64,000 nucleotides of DNA from an uncultured Thermoleophilia bacterium (GCA_963702475.1 CAVPCT010000005.1:448001-512000); one strand, 5' to 3'. Shown: positions 20,493 through 31,155, counted from the stretch's first letter. Notes: generated from the sequence alone by a model not told the origin. Made by a program: numbers and translations.

Positions 20493-21836
20493 ATGCACAC
20501 CGACGAGCTGCGCGCCTCCGTGGCCGGTCTCATGCCGCGCCTCCGCGCCGAGCTGGAGACGCTCGTGCGCCTGCCCTCCATCGCCTTTCCCGGCTACCCA
20601 CTCGAGCCCGTCCGCGAGACGGCCGAGGCGGTCGCCGACCTGCTGCGTGCCGCCGGGCTGCCGGAGGTCCGCCTGCTCGACATAGCAGGCGCGCCGGCGG
20701 CGGTGTTCGCGGCGCGCCCGGCGCAGCCCGGCGCGCCCACCGCGCTCCTGTACTCCCACTACGACGTACAGCCGCCCGGCGACGAGTCGCTGTGGACGAG
20801 CCCGCCATTCGCGCCGACGGAACGCGCCGGTCGCCTGTACGGCCGCGGCGCCGCCGACGACAAGTCAGGCATCGTCATGCACGCAGGCGCGCTCGACGCC
20901 CTGGGCCAGGACTGCCCGGTGGGCATCAAGGTGCTCATCGAGGGCTACGAGGAGGTCGACGGCACCGGCATCGAGGCCTTCGTGACCGCCAACCCGGACC
21001 TCCTTGCGGCCGACGTCATCGTCATCGCCGACGTGGGCAACTACAGCATCGGCGTGCCCACCCTCACCACGTCGCTGCGTGGCATGGCCGCCCTCGATGT
21101 GGAGGTCGAGACCCTCGAGGGCGCGGTGCACAGCGGCATGTTCGGAGGCCCCGCGCCGGACGCGCTCATCGCCCTGGCGCGCATGATCGCCACCCTGCAC
21201 ACGCCCGAGGGCGACGTGGCCGTCGAGGGCCTGACGTCGATGCCGCACGCCGGCGCGGCGTACCACCCCGACGCGTTCCGCGAGGACGCCGGGCTGCTGC
21301 CCGGGGTGGACCTCATCGGCAGCGGAAGCATCGCGGAGCACCTCTACGCGCGCCCGTCCATCAACGTGATCGGCTTGGACGCGCCGCCCACGGACGGCGC
21401 CCGCAACGCGCTCGTGCACCGCGCCAAGGCGCGCGTGAGCGTGCGCCTGGCGCCGGGCGAGGTCCCGGCCGAGGCACAGGCCATCGTCGCCGGCCACCTG
21501 CGCGGCGTCACGCCCTGGAACGCGCGCGTGACGATCACCCCCGGCACGCTCGGCGAGGGCTTCCTGGCGCGCACCGACGGCCCGGCGTACGCCTCCGCGG
21601 TCCGCGCCCTCGAGGCCGCCTTCGGCACCGAGGTCGTGCACTACGGCGAAGGCGGCTCCATCCCCCTGGTGGCCGCCTTCCACAAGGCCCTGCCCGACGC
21701 CGAAGTCATCCTCTGGGGCCCGGAGGAGCCGCAGTGCAGGATCCACGGCCCGAACGAGAGCGTGGACCTCGGCGAGCTGGAGCGCTGCGTGCTCGCCGAG
21801 GCGCTCTTTCTCGACGGGATGTGCGCAGGCGCCTGA
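20493..21836 (+). CDS. M20 family dipeptidase
   Basis: LLYSHYDVQP, GRGAADDKSG, EG.EE, HSG.FGG, GGSIP, HGPNES; AAGGAG RBS. Confidence 0.92.
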   Translation: MHTDELRASVAGLMPRLRAELETLVRLPSIAFPGYPLEPVRETAEAVADLLRAAGLPEVRLLDIAGAPAAVFAARPAQPGAPTALLYSHYDVQPPGDESLWTSPPFAPTERAGRLYGRGAADDKSGIVMHAGALDALGQDCPVGIKVLIEGYEEVDGTGIEAFVTANPDLLAADVIVIADVGNYSIGVPTLTTSLRGMAALDVEVETLEGAVHSGMFGGPAPDALIALARMIATLHTPEGDVAVEGLTSMPHAGAAYHPDAFREDAGLLPGVDLIGSGSIAEHLYARPSINVIGLDAPPTDGARNALVHRAKARVSVRLAPGEVPAEAQAIVAGHLRGVTPWNARVTITPGTLGEGFLARTDGPAYASAVRALEAAFGTEVVHYGEGGSIPLVAAFHKALPDAEVILWGPEEPQCRIHGPNESVDLGELERCVLAEALFLDGMCAGA

Positions 21837-22004
21837 GCCGTAGCAGGCGGGCGGGCTGCCGCGAGAGGTCGCCGGGCGGCGCCGCGCGCCCTTCCGCCGG
21901 CCTCGGCGCGCCCGCCGCCCGCACGGGCGCGCCGGTTCCCCGTCCTCGCCCGGCTGACGTATACTGGGCGTCCGCTCGCGGGGCTACGCCCCGCCGCACC
22001 TCGC

Positions 22005-22098
22005 GGAGAGGTGTCCGAGTTGGCTTAAGGAGCGCGACTGGAAATCGCGTGGGCGGGGGTAACCTGCCTCGTGGGTTCGAATCCCACCCTCTCCGCCA
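22005..22098 (+). tRNA. tRNA-Ser(GGA)
   Basis: GGAGAGG/CCTCTCC acceptor stem, CGCGA-CTGGAAA-TCGCG anticodon arm, long variable arm, CCA. Confidence 0.96.
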
Positions 22099-22171
22099 CT
22101 GTCGCTGCCCCCCTGCTCTCCTGCTCCCCGCTCCCCGCTCGGCGGCCGCAACGCCACAGGACGCAGCCGCT

Positions 22172-22289
22172 CTTCACGACTTCCGCACGACTTCCGCAGA
22201 AGCGTGACGCGCTCTGCCCGTTCGGCGGGCTGGAGACTCTGCATTCGCTGCTCACCGGCGAAGGCTTCGTCAAGCGCACCGCCGAGAGC
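22172..22289 (+). pseudogene. Remnant of a paralogue of the 23309..24583 gene (operator motif fused to an internal 28-codon fragment)
   Basis: 22206..22289 DALCPFGGLETLHSLLTGEGFVKRTAES vs 23528..23611 DFLCPFGGLETLYSLLTGDGFLRHTAAS; 22172..22190 matches 23186..23204 at 17/19 nt. Confidence 0.75.
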
Positions 22290-22382
22290 CAGACCCGCGC
22301 CCAGCCGCCCCGGCAGCACTCTCGCACTCGGAGTGCGCGCCCGGTATTCTGACGCATCACTGCCCCCGACCCGGAGGACCGC

Positions 22383-23135
22383 ATGCGCCTGCGACGCTGG
22401 CAAGTGACGATCGCCGCGACACTCATCCTGCTCGCGACCGCCGTCTACGTGATCCGCTGGCTGTTGTTCCCCAGCGACTCGCTGCACAACGAGATGGTGC
22501 GCTACCTCGTGGACGACGTCGCCTTCCTCTTCATCCAGGTGCTGCTCGTCTCCATGCTGCTCGACGGCCTCATGCAGCGCCGCGCCCGCGACCAGATGCT
22601 CAAGAAGCTGAACATGCTCATCGGGGCCTTCTTCACCGAGTGCGGCACCGACTTGCTGGGGCGCATCGCCCGGCTGGACGCGAAGCTGGCGGAGGTCCGT
22701 GGCGACCTCATCCCCACCTTGAAGTGGGACGACAAACACTACGCACGGGCCAAGCAGGCGTTCCGCGACCACGAGCCGGCGATCCACCTGACGCTGGACG
22801 ACCTCGTCGCCCTGCGCGAGCGCCTGGACGCGGAAAAGACCTACATGATCGGCCTGCTCGGCAACCAGGCGTTGCTCGAGCACGAGACCTTCACCGATCT
22901 GCTCTGGGCCGTCACTCACGTCACCGAAGAGCTGCACGCGCGCGGCGACTTCGAGCACCTGCCGGCGACCGACAGGGCGCACCTGGCCGGCGACCTGCGC
23001 CGCGCCTATGCCTTGCTCGGCGTCGAATGGCTGGACTACCTGCACCACCTGCGCGACCAGTACCCCTTCCTCTTCTCGCTGGCGGTGCGCACCAACCCGC
23101 TGGACCCGGACGCGTCCGTCACCGTGACTGAGTGA
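22383..23135 (+). CDS. Hypothetical membrane protein (2 N-terminal TM helices + helical domain)
   Basis: GGAGG RBS; D.AFL.IQVLLV, KLNMLIGAFF.E.G, LLEHETFTDLLWAV.H..EEL, YPFLFSLAVRTNP. Confidence 0.82.
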   Translation: MRLRRWQVTIAATLILLATAVYVIRWLLFPSDSLHNEMVRYLVDDVAFLFIQVLLVSMLLDGLMQRRARDQMLKKLNMLIGAFFTECGTDLLGRIARLDAKLAEVRGDLIPTLKWDDKHYARAKQAFRDHEPAIHLTLDDLVALRERLDAEKTYMIGLLGNQALLEHETFTDLLWAVTHVTEELHARGDFEHLPATDRAHLAGDLRRAYALLGVEWLDYLHHLRDQYPFLFSLAVRTNPLDPDASVTVTE

Positions 23136-23185
23136 GAGGACGCTGAGCGCCCGCGGGCGGAAGGCTCCCTCCCCCCTCTCTCTCC

Positions 23186-23240
23186 CTTCACAACTTCCGC
23201 ACAAGTGGTTCGAAGGTCGTTCACAAGTCGTCGCTACACT
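23186..23240 (+). promoter_or_regulatory. Putative regulator-binding direct repeats plus -10 box
   Basis: CACAA at 23189, 23200 and 23222 (11 and 22 nt spacing); TACACT at 23235. Confidence 0.5.
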
Positions 23241-23308
23241 CCGCCGAGGCCAGAGCGATGCGGGCCACTGCACGGCCCACGGCAGACGACACGCGAGGAA
23301 GACAGACC

Positions 23309-24583
23309 ATGACGGACGAGCAGACGCGGAAGACGGCTGAGCGCACCGACGCGGCGGCAGGCACCGGCAAGGCGGCCGGCACCGGCAAGGCGGAGCGGGC
23401 CGACCGGCAGGCGCAGCAGCGGGCGCGCTGGATACGGTGGGCCGTCCTCGGCGCCGTCCTCGTCGGCATGACGGCGATAGTGACGGCCCACCAGACCAGC
23501 CGCGGCTGGGGTCGCTGGGCCGGCGTCGACTTTCTGTGCCCGTTCGGCGGCCTCGAGACGCTGTACTCGCTGCTCACCGGCGACGGCTTCCTCCGGCACA
23601 CCGCCGCCAGCTCGGTGATCCTGCTGGTCGGGATGCTGGCGATGGCATTCGTCTACCGCCGCTCGTTCTGCGGGACCATCTGCCCCCTCGGCACACTGCA
23701 GGGCCTCTTCGGGGCGCTCGGCGGCAAGCTGTTCAGGCGACGCCTTCTCGTGCCGCGCGGCATCGACCGCGTCGCCAGGTACCTCAAGTACGCGATCCTC
23801 GTCTGGTTCGCCGTGTGGACCTGGCAGGCGGCGGAGCTGGTGCTCAGACCCTACGACCCGTGGGTCGCCTGGGCCCACCTCACGTCTGGCGACCTGTTCA
23901 CGACCTATCTCATCGGCTTCGTGATCCTCGTCCTGTCACTGGCCGGCTCACTGGCGTACGACCGCTTCTTCTGCAAGTACCTCTGCCCCGCCGGCGCGCT
24001 GCTGGCCCTCTTCTCCCGCGCGAGCCTCTTCACCATCCGCCGCGACCCTGTGACCTGCATCGACTGCGGGCGCTGCGACACGGCCTGCATGATGAACGTG
24101 AACGTGGCGACCGCCGACGCTGTGACGAGCGCGGAGTGCATCTCGTGCAACGAGTGTGTGAACGCCTGCCCGGTGAAGGACGCGCTCATGGTGGAGGCGC
24201 CCACGAGCAAGCGCACACCGGTCCTCACGTCCACCGCCGTCGTGGTCGCGGTACTCGTCGCCATCGTGGGCTTCACGACGATCGCCGGCGACTTCCAGTG
24301 GCGGCAGCAGCCGGGCGAAGCCCGCGCCATGGAGCGGGGCTCGGGCGGCGGCGCAGGGCAGGGCGGCGGCCAGGGGATGGGCGGCGAGCAGGACTCGGTC
24401 GTCCGGGGCTCAACCAGCCTGAACGACATCGCCGGGGCCACCGGCATCCCCGCGGAGGAGCTTGCGGCCGCGTTCGGGGTGCCGGCATCCGACCTGGACG
24501 TGCCGCTCCGCGAGCTCAGGGACCTGTACGGGTTCACGCCCCACGACGTGCGCGACTGGGTGGACGAGCGACTGCAGCAGTGA
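23309..24583 (+). CDS. Membrane 4Fe-4S polyferredoxin (NapH/YccM/NosR-like)
   Basis: CPFGG, FCGTICPLG, FFCKYLCPAG, CIDCGRCDTAC, CISCNECVNACP; TM helices. Confidence 0.88.
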   Translation: MTDEQTRKTAERTDAAAGTGKAAGTGKAERADRQAQQRARWIRWAVLGAVLVGMTAIVTAHQTSRGWGRWAGVDFLCPFGGLETLYSLLTGDGFLRHTAASSVILLVGMLAMAFVYRRSFCGTICPLGTLQGLFGALGGKLFRRRLLVPRGIDRVARYLKYAILVWFAVWTWQAAELVLRPYDPWVAWAHLTSGDLFTTYLIGFVILVLSLAGSLAYDRFFCKYLCPAGALLALFSRASLFTIRRDPVTCIDCGRCDTACMMNVNVATADAVTSAECISCNECVNACPVKDALMVEAPTSKRTPVLTSTAVVVAVLVAIVGFTTIAGDFQWRQQPGEARAMERGSGGGAGQGGGQGMGGEQDSVVRGSTSLNDIAGATGIPAEELAAAFGVPASDLDVPLRELRDLYGFTPHDVRDWVDERLQQ

Positions 24584-24756
24584 GACCGGCGACCCGCGTC
24601 GCGTGCAGGCGCCGGCGCCCCACGGCCGCCTTCCACCCCGTGTCCTGCGGGTGAGTCTGCCTCCGGACGGGTAGTGAGGCACCGACGGCCGCGGCCGGGT
24701 CGCGTCCCGGTCGACCCGGTGGGGTCGCGTGCCGCTCGACCGCAGCGAGGTGCCGC

Positions 24757-26907
24757 ATGGCGAACCGCCTGATCGACGAGTCCAGCCCCTATCTGCGCCA
24801 GCACGCCGGGAACCCGGTCGACTGGTACCCCTGGGGCGACGAGGCGTTCGAGAAGGCCCGTCGCGAGGACAAGCCGGTGTTCCTCAGCGTCGGCTACTCC
24901 GCCTGCCACTGGTGTCACGTGATGGAGCGCGAGAGCTTCGAGGACGAGGCGACCGCGGCGCTGCTCTCGCGCCACTTCGTCGCCGTCAAGGTGGACCGCG
25001 AGGAGCGACCGGACGTCGACGCGATCTACATGAAGGCTGTGCAGCTGATCACCGGCCGGGGCGGCTGGCCGATGAGCGTGTTCCTCACCCCGGAGGGCGT
25101 GCCCTTCTACGGTGGGACGTACTTCCCCAACAGGCCTCGCGGCGGGATGGCCTCGTTCACGCAGGTGCTGGAGCGCGTCGCAGCGATCTGGGAGCAGCGA
25201 CGGGACGAGGTCGACAGGAACGGCGAGACGCTGCGGCAGCTGCTGACCCGGGACGAACTGGGCGCAGTACGGCTGACGACGGCGAGGCAGGAGGCGGGAG
25301 GCGGCATCCCGCTGAGGCGCGTGACTCTCGACGAAGCCGTCGCGCGCCTCGCCGAGGACTTCGACCCCGCGCACGGCGGGTTCGGCGGCGCGCCCAAGTT
25401 CCCGCAACCCACCGCGCTCGAGTTCCTCTTGCGGCGCGCCGTCGCGACGGGCGACACAGAAGCGCTCGGCATGGTCACCAAGACGCTCGACGAGATGGCC
25501 GCGGGCGGCATCTACGACCACGTCGGCGGGGGGTTCCACCGGTACTCGGTCGACGACATCTGGCTGGTGCCGCACTTCGAGAAGATGCTCTACGACAACG
25601 CTCAACTGGCGCGGCTCTACCTGCACGCGTGGCAGGTGACCGGCGAGCCGGCGTACCGCCGCGTGGTCGAGGGCACCCTGGATTTCGTGCTGCGCGAGCT
25701 GACCGATCCGGCCGGCGGCTTCTATTCGGCACTGGACGCCGACTCCGAGGGCGAGGAGGGCCGGTTCTACGTGTGGACGCCGGCCCAGATCGAGACGGCG
25801 CTGGCGGGCACGCCGGACGCGCCGCCGGCCCCGATCCCGGTCAACCCGGAGGGTGACGATCTGGACGGGGCGCGTCGACCCGCGGTCAACCCGGAGGGTG
25901 ACGATCTGCGGCTGTTCTTTGACGCGTACGGCGTCGAAGCCGGGGGCAACTTCGAGGGTACGACCATCCTTCACGGCGCCCTCGACGCGCCGCACCTCGC
26001 GGCGCTGCGCGACATCGACGAGGACGAGGTGGAGCGCCGGCTCGCCGCGCTGCGCGCACGGCTTCTCGCGGCCCGCGAGCGGCGTGTCCGGCCGGGCCTG
26101 GACGACAAGGTGCTGGCCTCCTGGAACGGCCTCATGCTCGCCGCCTTCGCCGAGGCTGCGCGCGTTCTCGACTGCGAGACCTACCTGGCGGCCGCGCGCG
26201 CCAACGCCGAGTTCCTGCTCGGCCAGATGCGCGCGCCCGACGGTCGCATGCTCCGCACGTGGCACGCCGGCAAGGCCAAGCTGAACGGCTACCTCGAGGA
26301 CCAGTGTGCCGTCGCAGACGGCCTCCTGCAGCTCTACCAGACCGACTTCGACCCACGCTGGTTCCAGGCCGCGCACGAGGTCGCCGACCTGGCCCTCGCG
26401 CACTTCGCCGCTCCGGACGGCGGGTTCTACGACACCAGCGACGACCACGAGCGGCTGGTGGCCCGGCCCCGTGACCTGCAGGACGGCGTTCAGCCGTGTG
26501 GCGGATCGCTCGCGGCCCTCGTCCTGCTCCAGCTCGGCTCGTACGCCGGCGAAGGCCGCTTCGCCGACGCCGCCGAGCAGGCTCTGGCGCCCCTGCAGCC
26601 GCTGATGGCCGCGTCGCCGCTCGGCTTCGGTACCTGGCTGAGCGCCCTGGACCTGACGCTGGCGCCGCCGACGGAAGTGGCCATCGTCGGTGCCCCGGCG
26701 GACGGACTGCTGGCCGTGATCCGCAGGACCTGGCGGCCGAACGTGCTGGTCGCGGCGGGATGCGGCGCCGACGCGGCCGCCGCCGTCCCCCTTTTGCGGG
26801 GCCGCACGGAGGTGGACGGTCGTCCTGCCGCCTACGTCTGCACCGGCTCCGTCTGCGGGCAGCCGGTCACCGCGGCCGCAGACCTCGGCGCACTGCTCGA
26901 CCGGTAG
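24757..26907 (+). CDS. Thioredoxin domain / alpha-barrel protein (YyaL/SPATA20 family)
   Basis: [61 protein letters not shown]. Confidence 0.94.
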   Translation: MANRLIDESSPYLRQHAGNPVDWYPWGDEAFEKARREDKPVFLSVGYSACHWCHVMERESFEDEATAALLSRHFVAVKVDREERPDVDAIYMKAVQLITGRGGWPMSVFLTPEGVPFYGGTYFPNRPRGGMASFTQVLERVAAIWEQRRDEVDRNGETLRQLLTRDELGAVRLTTARQEAGGGIPLRRVTLDEAVARLAEDFDPAHGGFGGAPKFPQPTALEFLLRRAVATGDTEALGMVTKTLDEMAAGGIYDHVGGGFHRYSVDDIWLVPHFEKMLYDNAQLARLYLHAWQVTGEPAYRRVVEGTLDFVLRELTDPAGGFYSALDADSEGEEGRFYVWTPAQIETALAGTPDAPPAPIPVNPEGDDLDGARRPAVNPEGDDLRLFFDAYGVEAGGNFEGTTILHGALDAPHLAALRDIDEDEVERRLAALRARLLAARERRVRPGLDDKVLASWNGLMLAAFAEAARVLDCETYLAAARANAEFLLGQMRAPDGRMLRTWHAGKAKLNGYLEDQCAVADGLLQLYQTDFDPRWFQAAHEVADLALAHFAAPDGGFYDTSDDHERLVARPRDLQDGVQPCGGSLAALVLLQLGSYAGEGRFADAAEQALAPLQPLMAASPLGFGTWLSALDLTLAPPTEVAIVGAPADGLLAVIRRTWRPNVLVAAGCGADAAAAVPLLRGRTEVDGRPAAYVCTGSVCGQPVTAAADLGALLDR
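25838..25908 (+). repeat. 26-bp direct repeat (2 copies, 45-nt period), in frame inside the YyaL gene
   Basis: cggtcaacccggagggtgacgatctg at 25838..25863 and 25883..25908. Confidence 0.9.
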
Positions 26908-27079
26908 CGAAGCGGAGGGCCGAGCCACCGGCGGAACACGGTGGCGGGCGGGCTCCCAGCGGCCGGCCCGGACGAGCCGAGCGGCCGGCGGCCCCCACCG
27001 GAGGCCCCGGCAACCCCCACGGTCGTCGTGCTAGACTACGCGTCCGCGGCCTGCGCCTTGCGCGTACCCGTCGCCTCGC

Positions 27080-27174
<95 letters not shown>

Positions 27175-27508
27175 GCAGGTAGTTTGTGCACTTCTCCCGC
27201 CCCTCAGCGCGCTCTCACAAGGGCTACCTGCGCGGGAATGGGGCCGGTTTGGGGCCATTTCGTTTCGCTCACTGAGCCCACGCTCTTGCGCGCGCGACCC
27301 GTCGAGACGAGATCAGCGCAGCGACCTTCTCACAGCATCAGCCGCCCACCGGGCCACCAGAGCACGCCAGGGGCGCCGCTCGTGACGAGCTTCGCGGGCC
27401 AGTTGTCGAGCGTGCCCAGGTCGATTCAGAGGGGTGGCGAGGAACGCCCCAGAACGCACGCATGCGGCCGCCGCGAGGTTCCCGCCAAGGAGAGGCCGCC
27501 GCTGCCGC

Positions 27509-27898
27509 TCAGGCGGGCGCTGCGGAGCCGCCACCCAGGCCGGCCGCCCTCTTGCGCGCCGCGGCGGCTTTGGCCTTGGCCATCGCCTTCCCCAGGCTAT
27601 CTTGGAGGTTGCCTGCGGCCGCTTCCTGCATGCTCGGAATCACGTGCGAGTAGGTGTCCATGGTGATGCCGATCGAGGAGTGCCCGAGGCGCTCTTGCAC
27701 GACCTTGGGGTGTTCGCCGTTGGCGAGGAGCAGGGTTGCGTGCGTGTGCCGCAGGTTGTGGAACTTCACCGGCCTGCCGACCTCGTGCGTCTTCTTGCGC
27801 CACTCGGCCGCGAGGCTGCCGGGATGCCAGGGCCGCCCATCTTCGCGGGCAAGGACAAGGTCTCCCTGGAGTTGGAGCCGCCCCGCTTCGTCTTCCAC
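27509..27898 (-). pseudogene. Tyrosine recombinase/integrase, C-terminal remnant
   Basis: KFHNLRHTHATLLL.NGEHPKVVQERLGHSSIGITMDTYSHV (HxxR, H, Y); N-terminal domains absent. Confidence 0.88.
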
Positions 27899-28035
27899 CC
27901 TGCTGGCGGACGATCTGCCCCGTCGCTGCCCGGCGAGGCCGTGATCCGTCGGGCAACGCCAAACGCTTGACTGCTCGTGAGCACGGCGATACGGAGAGCT
28001 CGCGGCAGAAGCGGGCGACAGGTGGAGGAGGGGCC

Positions 28036-29172
28036 ATGGCCATGCTGGCGGCGTTGGGAGAGAAGCTCTACGACTTGGACGAGCTCGACGAAGTCGTGCT
28101 GAGCAAGAAGGAGGCGATCCAGGAGTACATCGATGACCCGAAGGGGCAGCCCAGGTTCAGCGTGTCCGAGGGGGACGTGCAGATCGGGCATGTGGAGCTG
28201 GCCAAGGCAGTAGAGGCCAAGTCGAGCGCAGTCCCTTACCAGGGCATCGGATTCGGCAAACCGCTGACAATCACCGTCGAGTCCGTCTACGTCGGCGACT
28301 ACCCTGACGCGGTCCGGTTCACGCCGTGGGCCGAACGCGGCGATGTGCTCGTGACGTCGGCATGGAAGCCGTTCGAGAGGTTCCAGGCGGCCGCGCGGGC
28401 CGTGCACCTCCTTCAAGAGAACGCCGCGCGTCGCAGCTATCCCAAGGTCACGGCGACCTCGCAGGGCACGCGGCTCGCCTTCTACTCGCCGGCGGTCACC
28501 GAGATGAGCATCTTCTTCTCCGTCGAGTTGACCGTCGACCGGGACTTCTCCAGCGAGGTGGGTGACGCGCTGGCCAAGGCGATGACCGGCGCCGGCGCGC
28601 TGCCGGTGTTCGCTCCGGTGGCACCCTACCTTGTCGCCGGGGCAGTCCTGGTCCCTATCGGCATGAATGTGGCCAAGATGCTCGCCCGTCCGAGGCCCTT
28701 CTTCGCGGAGGACGTCGAGGTGAACTTCACGCGTCCTGGCCTCGATGTAGCACAGACGGGCGCCTACGTGCTGTACCCCGGCGGGGACAAGAAGCCGTTC
28801 GCCGGGTACGACAAGCTCCGGGGCTGCGTGCTTCGCGACAGCAACGGAACACCGTACGGCGGAGAGTTGCCGTACGTGGTGATCAGCCTCGACGGGACCC
28901 CGCGGGAGAAGCTCGAGGGGTGGGCAGCGACGGCGGCGTCGGCGCTCCTCCTTGAGAGGTTCTTTGCTCAGGACGCACTCATGGCCGAGGCGCTCGATGT
29001 CGTGACCAGTGGCCTGGTGTACGCCAACGACATGACGTACCGGCAGAAGGCCGTTGAGGCGCTGGAGAAGAGCAAGACCCTGAAGGGCCCGAAGAAGAAG
29101 GAACAGGAAGAGCTCTACAAGGCGTACGTCAAGAACATCCAGACCAAGGAGCTCCGGGACACCGTTGCGTAG
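28036..29172 (+). CDS. Hypothetical protein (378 aa), island cargo
   Basis: GGAGGAGG RBS before the ATG at 28036; long protein-like ORF; family not recognised. Confidence 0.8.
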   Translation: MAMLAALGEKLYDLDELDEVVLSKKEAIQEYIDDPKGQPRFSVSEGDVQIGHVELAKAVEAKSSAVPYQGIGFGKPLTITVESVYVGDYPDAVRFTPWAERGDVLVTSAWKPFERFQAAARAVHLLQENAARRSYPKVTATSQGTRLAFYSPAVTEMSIFFSVELTVDRDFSSEVGDALAKAMTGAGALPVFAPVAPYLVAGAVLVPIGMNVAKMLARPRPFFAEDVEVNFTRPGLDVAQTGAYVLYPGGDKKPFAGYDKLRGCVLRDSNGTPYGGELPYVVISLDGTPREKLEGWAATAASALLLERFFAQDALMAEALDVVTSGLVYANDMTYRQKAVEALEKSKTLKGPKKKEQEELYKAYVKNIQTKELRDTVA

Positions 29173-29572
29173 GGAGGCGGAGCAGTCTCGCTGGCCCATT
29201 GGGAGCGGGCTGTGACCGTGCCCTCCACTGCTCGGGCGCAAACTGCAGGATTTGTCACCAGACTACCGGGGGGAAGCACTCTACGATCGTTGAGTCTTCG
29301 CCGCGGTCACGCGCATGAGGGAGATGTTGAAGTTGTCATATCTGCGCGGTCATCCGCGCGTCGTCGTTCAACCCTATGTCCGCGAACGAAGCCGGCTGCA
29401 GAGTGAGGAGGCGTGGATTGTCGCCTGCGCGCACTTGAATGACCTCCTCACCGGCGCAGACCCAGACGACGGCGAGTAGGAGCTCCACCTACGGCACGCG
29501 CGGTGTCTCGTAGCGCTCGTGGCGGGACGAACTCAACGGCACCGCTCGCGCGACGACGACCGGTCCCTCGGA

Positions 29573-30718
29573 TCAACTGGCCAGCAGCTCGGCAATTCTG
29601 CCGGGGTCGGCGGGCTCGAAGGCATCGCGCGCAACCCATAGTCGCGCGGCTTGAGGGACGCGGAGGTAGACGGCACGGGCTACGCTCAGCGTGCGCTCTG
29701 GGTGCGTATCCCACTTGAGCGCAGTGGCGGCGGCCTGCATCGCTTGCCCGGTCTCCGTGCCGCCATCGAAACGTGCTAGCCAAGCCTCGAGGTGGCGAGT
29801 CGCAGCCAGGAAGTCGCGTTTGCTGGCGTTGCAGCCGGGGTGCGCCGCTACGAGGTTCTCAAGGCCGTTGTCTGGCCAGCGGGCCCAGGGCACGAAGTGG
29901 TCCACATCGGCGGCGGCGCGCAACTTGCTGCCGCAGTAGAAGCAGCGTCCCGACTGCATGTCTCGCAGCACCGGTCGTACCGCTGCCAACGACACGCGCT
30001 CCACACCGAAGAGGAATTCGGGCAACCCAGCGTCACTGACCATCTGTCGATTGAAGCGCAGGATGCGGTTCGTCCACTTGATCTCGATGAGCGGTCGCAT
30101 GAGGCCGCTGAGCTGGACGAGGTACTCGGCGGCGCGACCGACGAAGTGAATGTGGGCGTCGAACCCCGGCGCGCGCACCTCCGAACGGGTGATGCCCTTC
30201 GCCCAGCCGATCTGGTAGATGAAGGGGTCGTGGACGCCGCCCATCACCTGCAGGCGCGGCAACGGCATCTCGATGAGCTTCCACTCGACCGTGTCGAGGA
30301 GGCGGGCGAACTGCAGCGGGGCTCCTGCCCGAGCCTCCGGCAGCGGCGATGAAGGGTCGGGCGCGTGCCTCTCGCGGAAGGCCCGGATGGCCGTGACGAT
30401 CTCGGCCCGGCCCGATGAGTTCTGGCGCAAGAGGGCGGCCCCGGCGAGTCCGACGTAGAGATTGGTCTGTGGCCAGTAGAGCTCGGTCACGCGGCGCGCG
30501 AGGTCGGCTGTGGCGAGCGACTGCGGAGGGGCACCCGTGGCGGTAGTGCCCTCTAGGCGGGAATCGAGGATCGCGAGCAGCAGCGCGAACTTGTACGTGG
30601 CCGTGAAGGTGCCCTCATCGAGCAGCGCGATGAGGCGTTCGGCGAAGCCGACAGCGCCGCGCTCAGGCTCAGCCGCAGGCATATTCGCAGACTCGCCATG
30701 AATGAGCAGCTCCCCCAC
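29573..30718 (-). CDS. HNH endonuclease domain protein
   Basis: GRCFYCG...DVDHFVPW......NLVAAHPGCNASKRD; N-terminal ATYKFALL motif; exact start uncertain. Confidence 0.88.
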   Translation of the reverse strand: MGELLIHGESANMPAAEPERGAVGFAERLIALLDEGTFTATYKFALLLAILDSRLEGTTATGAPPQSLATADLARRVTELYWPQTNLYVGLAGAALLRQNSSGRAEIVTAIRAFRERHAPDPSSPLPEARAGAPLQFARLLDTVEWKLIEMPLPRLQVMGGVHDPFIYQIGWAKGITRSEVRAPGFDAHIHFVGRAAEYLVQLSGLMRPLIEIKWTNRILRFNRQMVSDAGLPEFLFGVERVSLAAVRPVLRDMQSGRCFYCGSKLRAAADVDHFVPWARWPDNGLENLVAAHPGCNASKRDFLAATRHLEAWLARFDGGTETGQAMQAAATALKWDTHPERTLSVARAVYLRVPQAARLWVARDAFEPADPGRIAELLAS

Positions 30719-30721
30719 CGG

Positions 30722-31096
30722 TCAGTAGGTTCCCTTGCCTGGGAAGAGGTGGCGCATGCCGCCGCGCGGGTTCTCCATGTCGCCTCTCCTGCGTGGGATG
30801 AGGTGGAAGTGGCAGTGGAAGATGGTCTGCCCTGCCGCTTCGCCAACGTTCACTCCGATGTTGAAGCCCTCCACAGCGGCGTCGTCTGCCATGATCAGCT
30901 CGCGCGCGCGACGAAGTAGATCGTCGCAGGCGACGAGCTCATCTGCGGTGAGCGAGAAGTAGTCGCGCACGTGCCGGCGAGGGATGACCAGGGCGTGCAG
31001 GCGGGTGACCGGATAGGAGTCCCAGACCGCATAGGCGAGGTCGCCATCCAGGAACACCCGCTCGCCATCGGGCCGGCAGAAGACGCACTCACTCAT
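30722..31096 (-). CDS. HIT family nucleotide hydrolase
   Basis: CVFC, YPVT.LHALVIPRRH, GFNIGVNVGEAAGQTIFHCHFHLIPRR.GD. Confidence 0.93.
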   Translation of the reverse strand: MSECVFCRPDGERVFLDGDLAYAVWDSYPVTRLHALVIPRRHVRDYFSLTADELVACDDLLRRARELIMADDAAVEGFNIGVNVGEAAGQTIFHCHFHLIPRRRGDMENPRGGMRHLFPGKGTY

Positions 31097-31155
31097 CCGG
31101 ATGCACCTTCACTGCTCGACGGTAAGCATTCATCACTCGTGAAGCCTTCGAAGAC

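Noticed and set aside
22206-23611. 84-nt near-repeat as a diversity-generating retroelement TR/VR pair
   Set aside because: Differences are not adenine-specific, many are synonymous, and no reverse transcriptase is present
25838-25908. 26-bp repeat as a mini CRISPR array
   Set aside because: Only two copies with a 19-nt spacer, in frame within a conserved gene; no cas genes
29173-29572. Lower-GC intergenic stretch in the island as an ncRNA or small gene
   Set aside because: No convincing ORF, repeat or RNA motif visible
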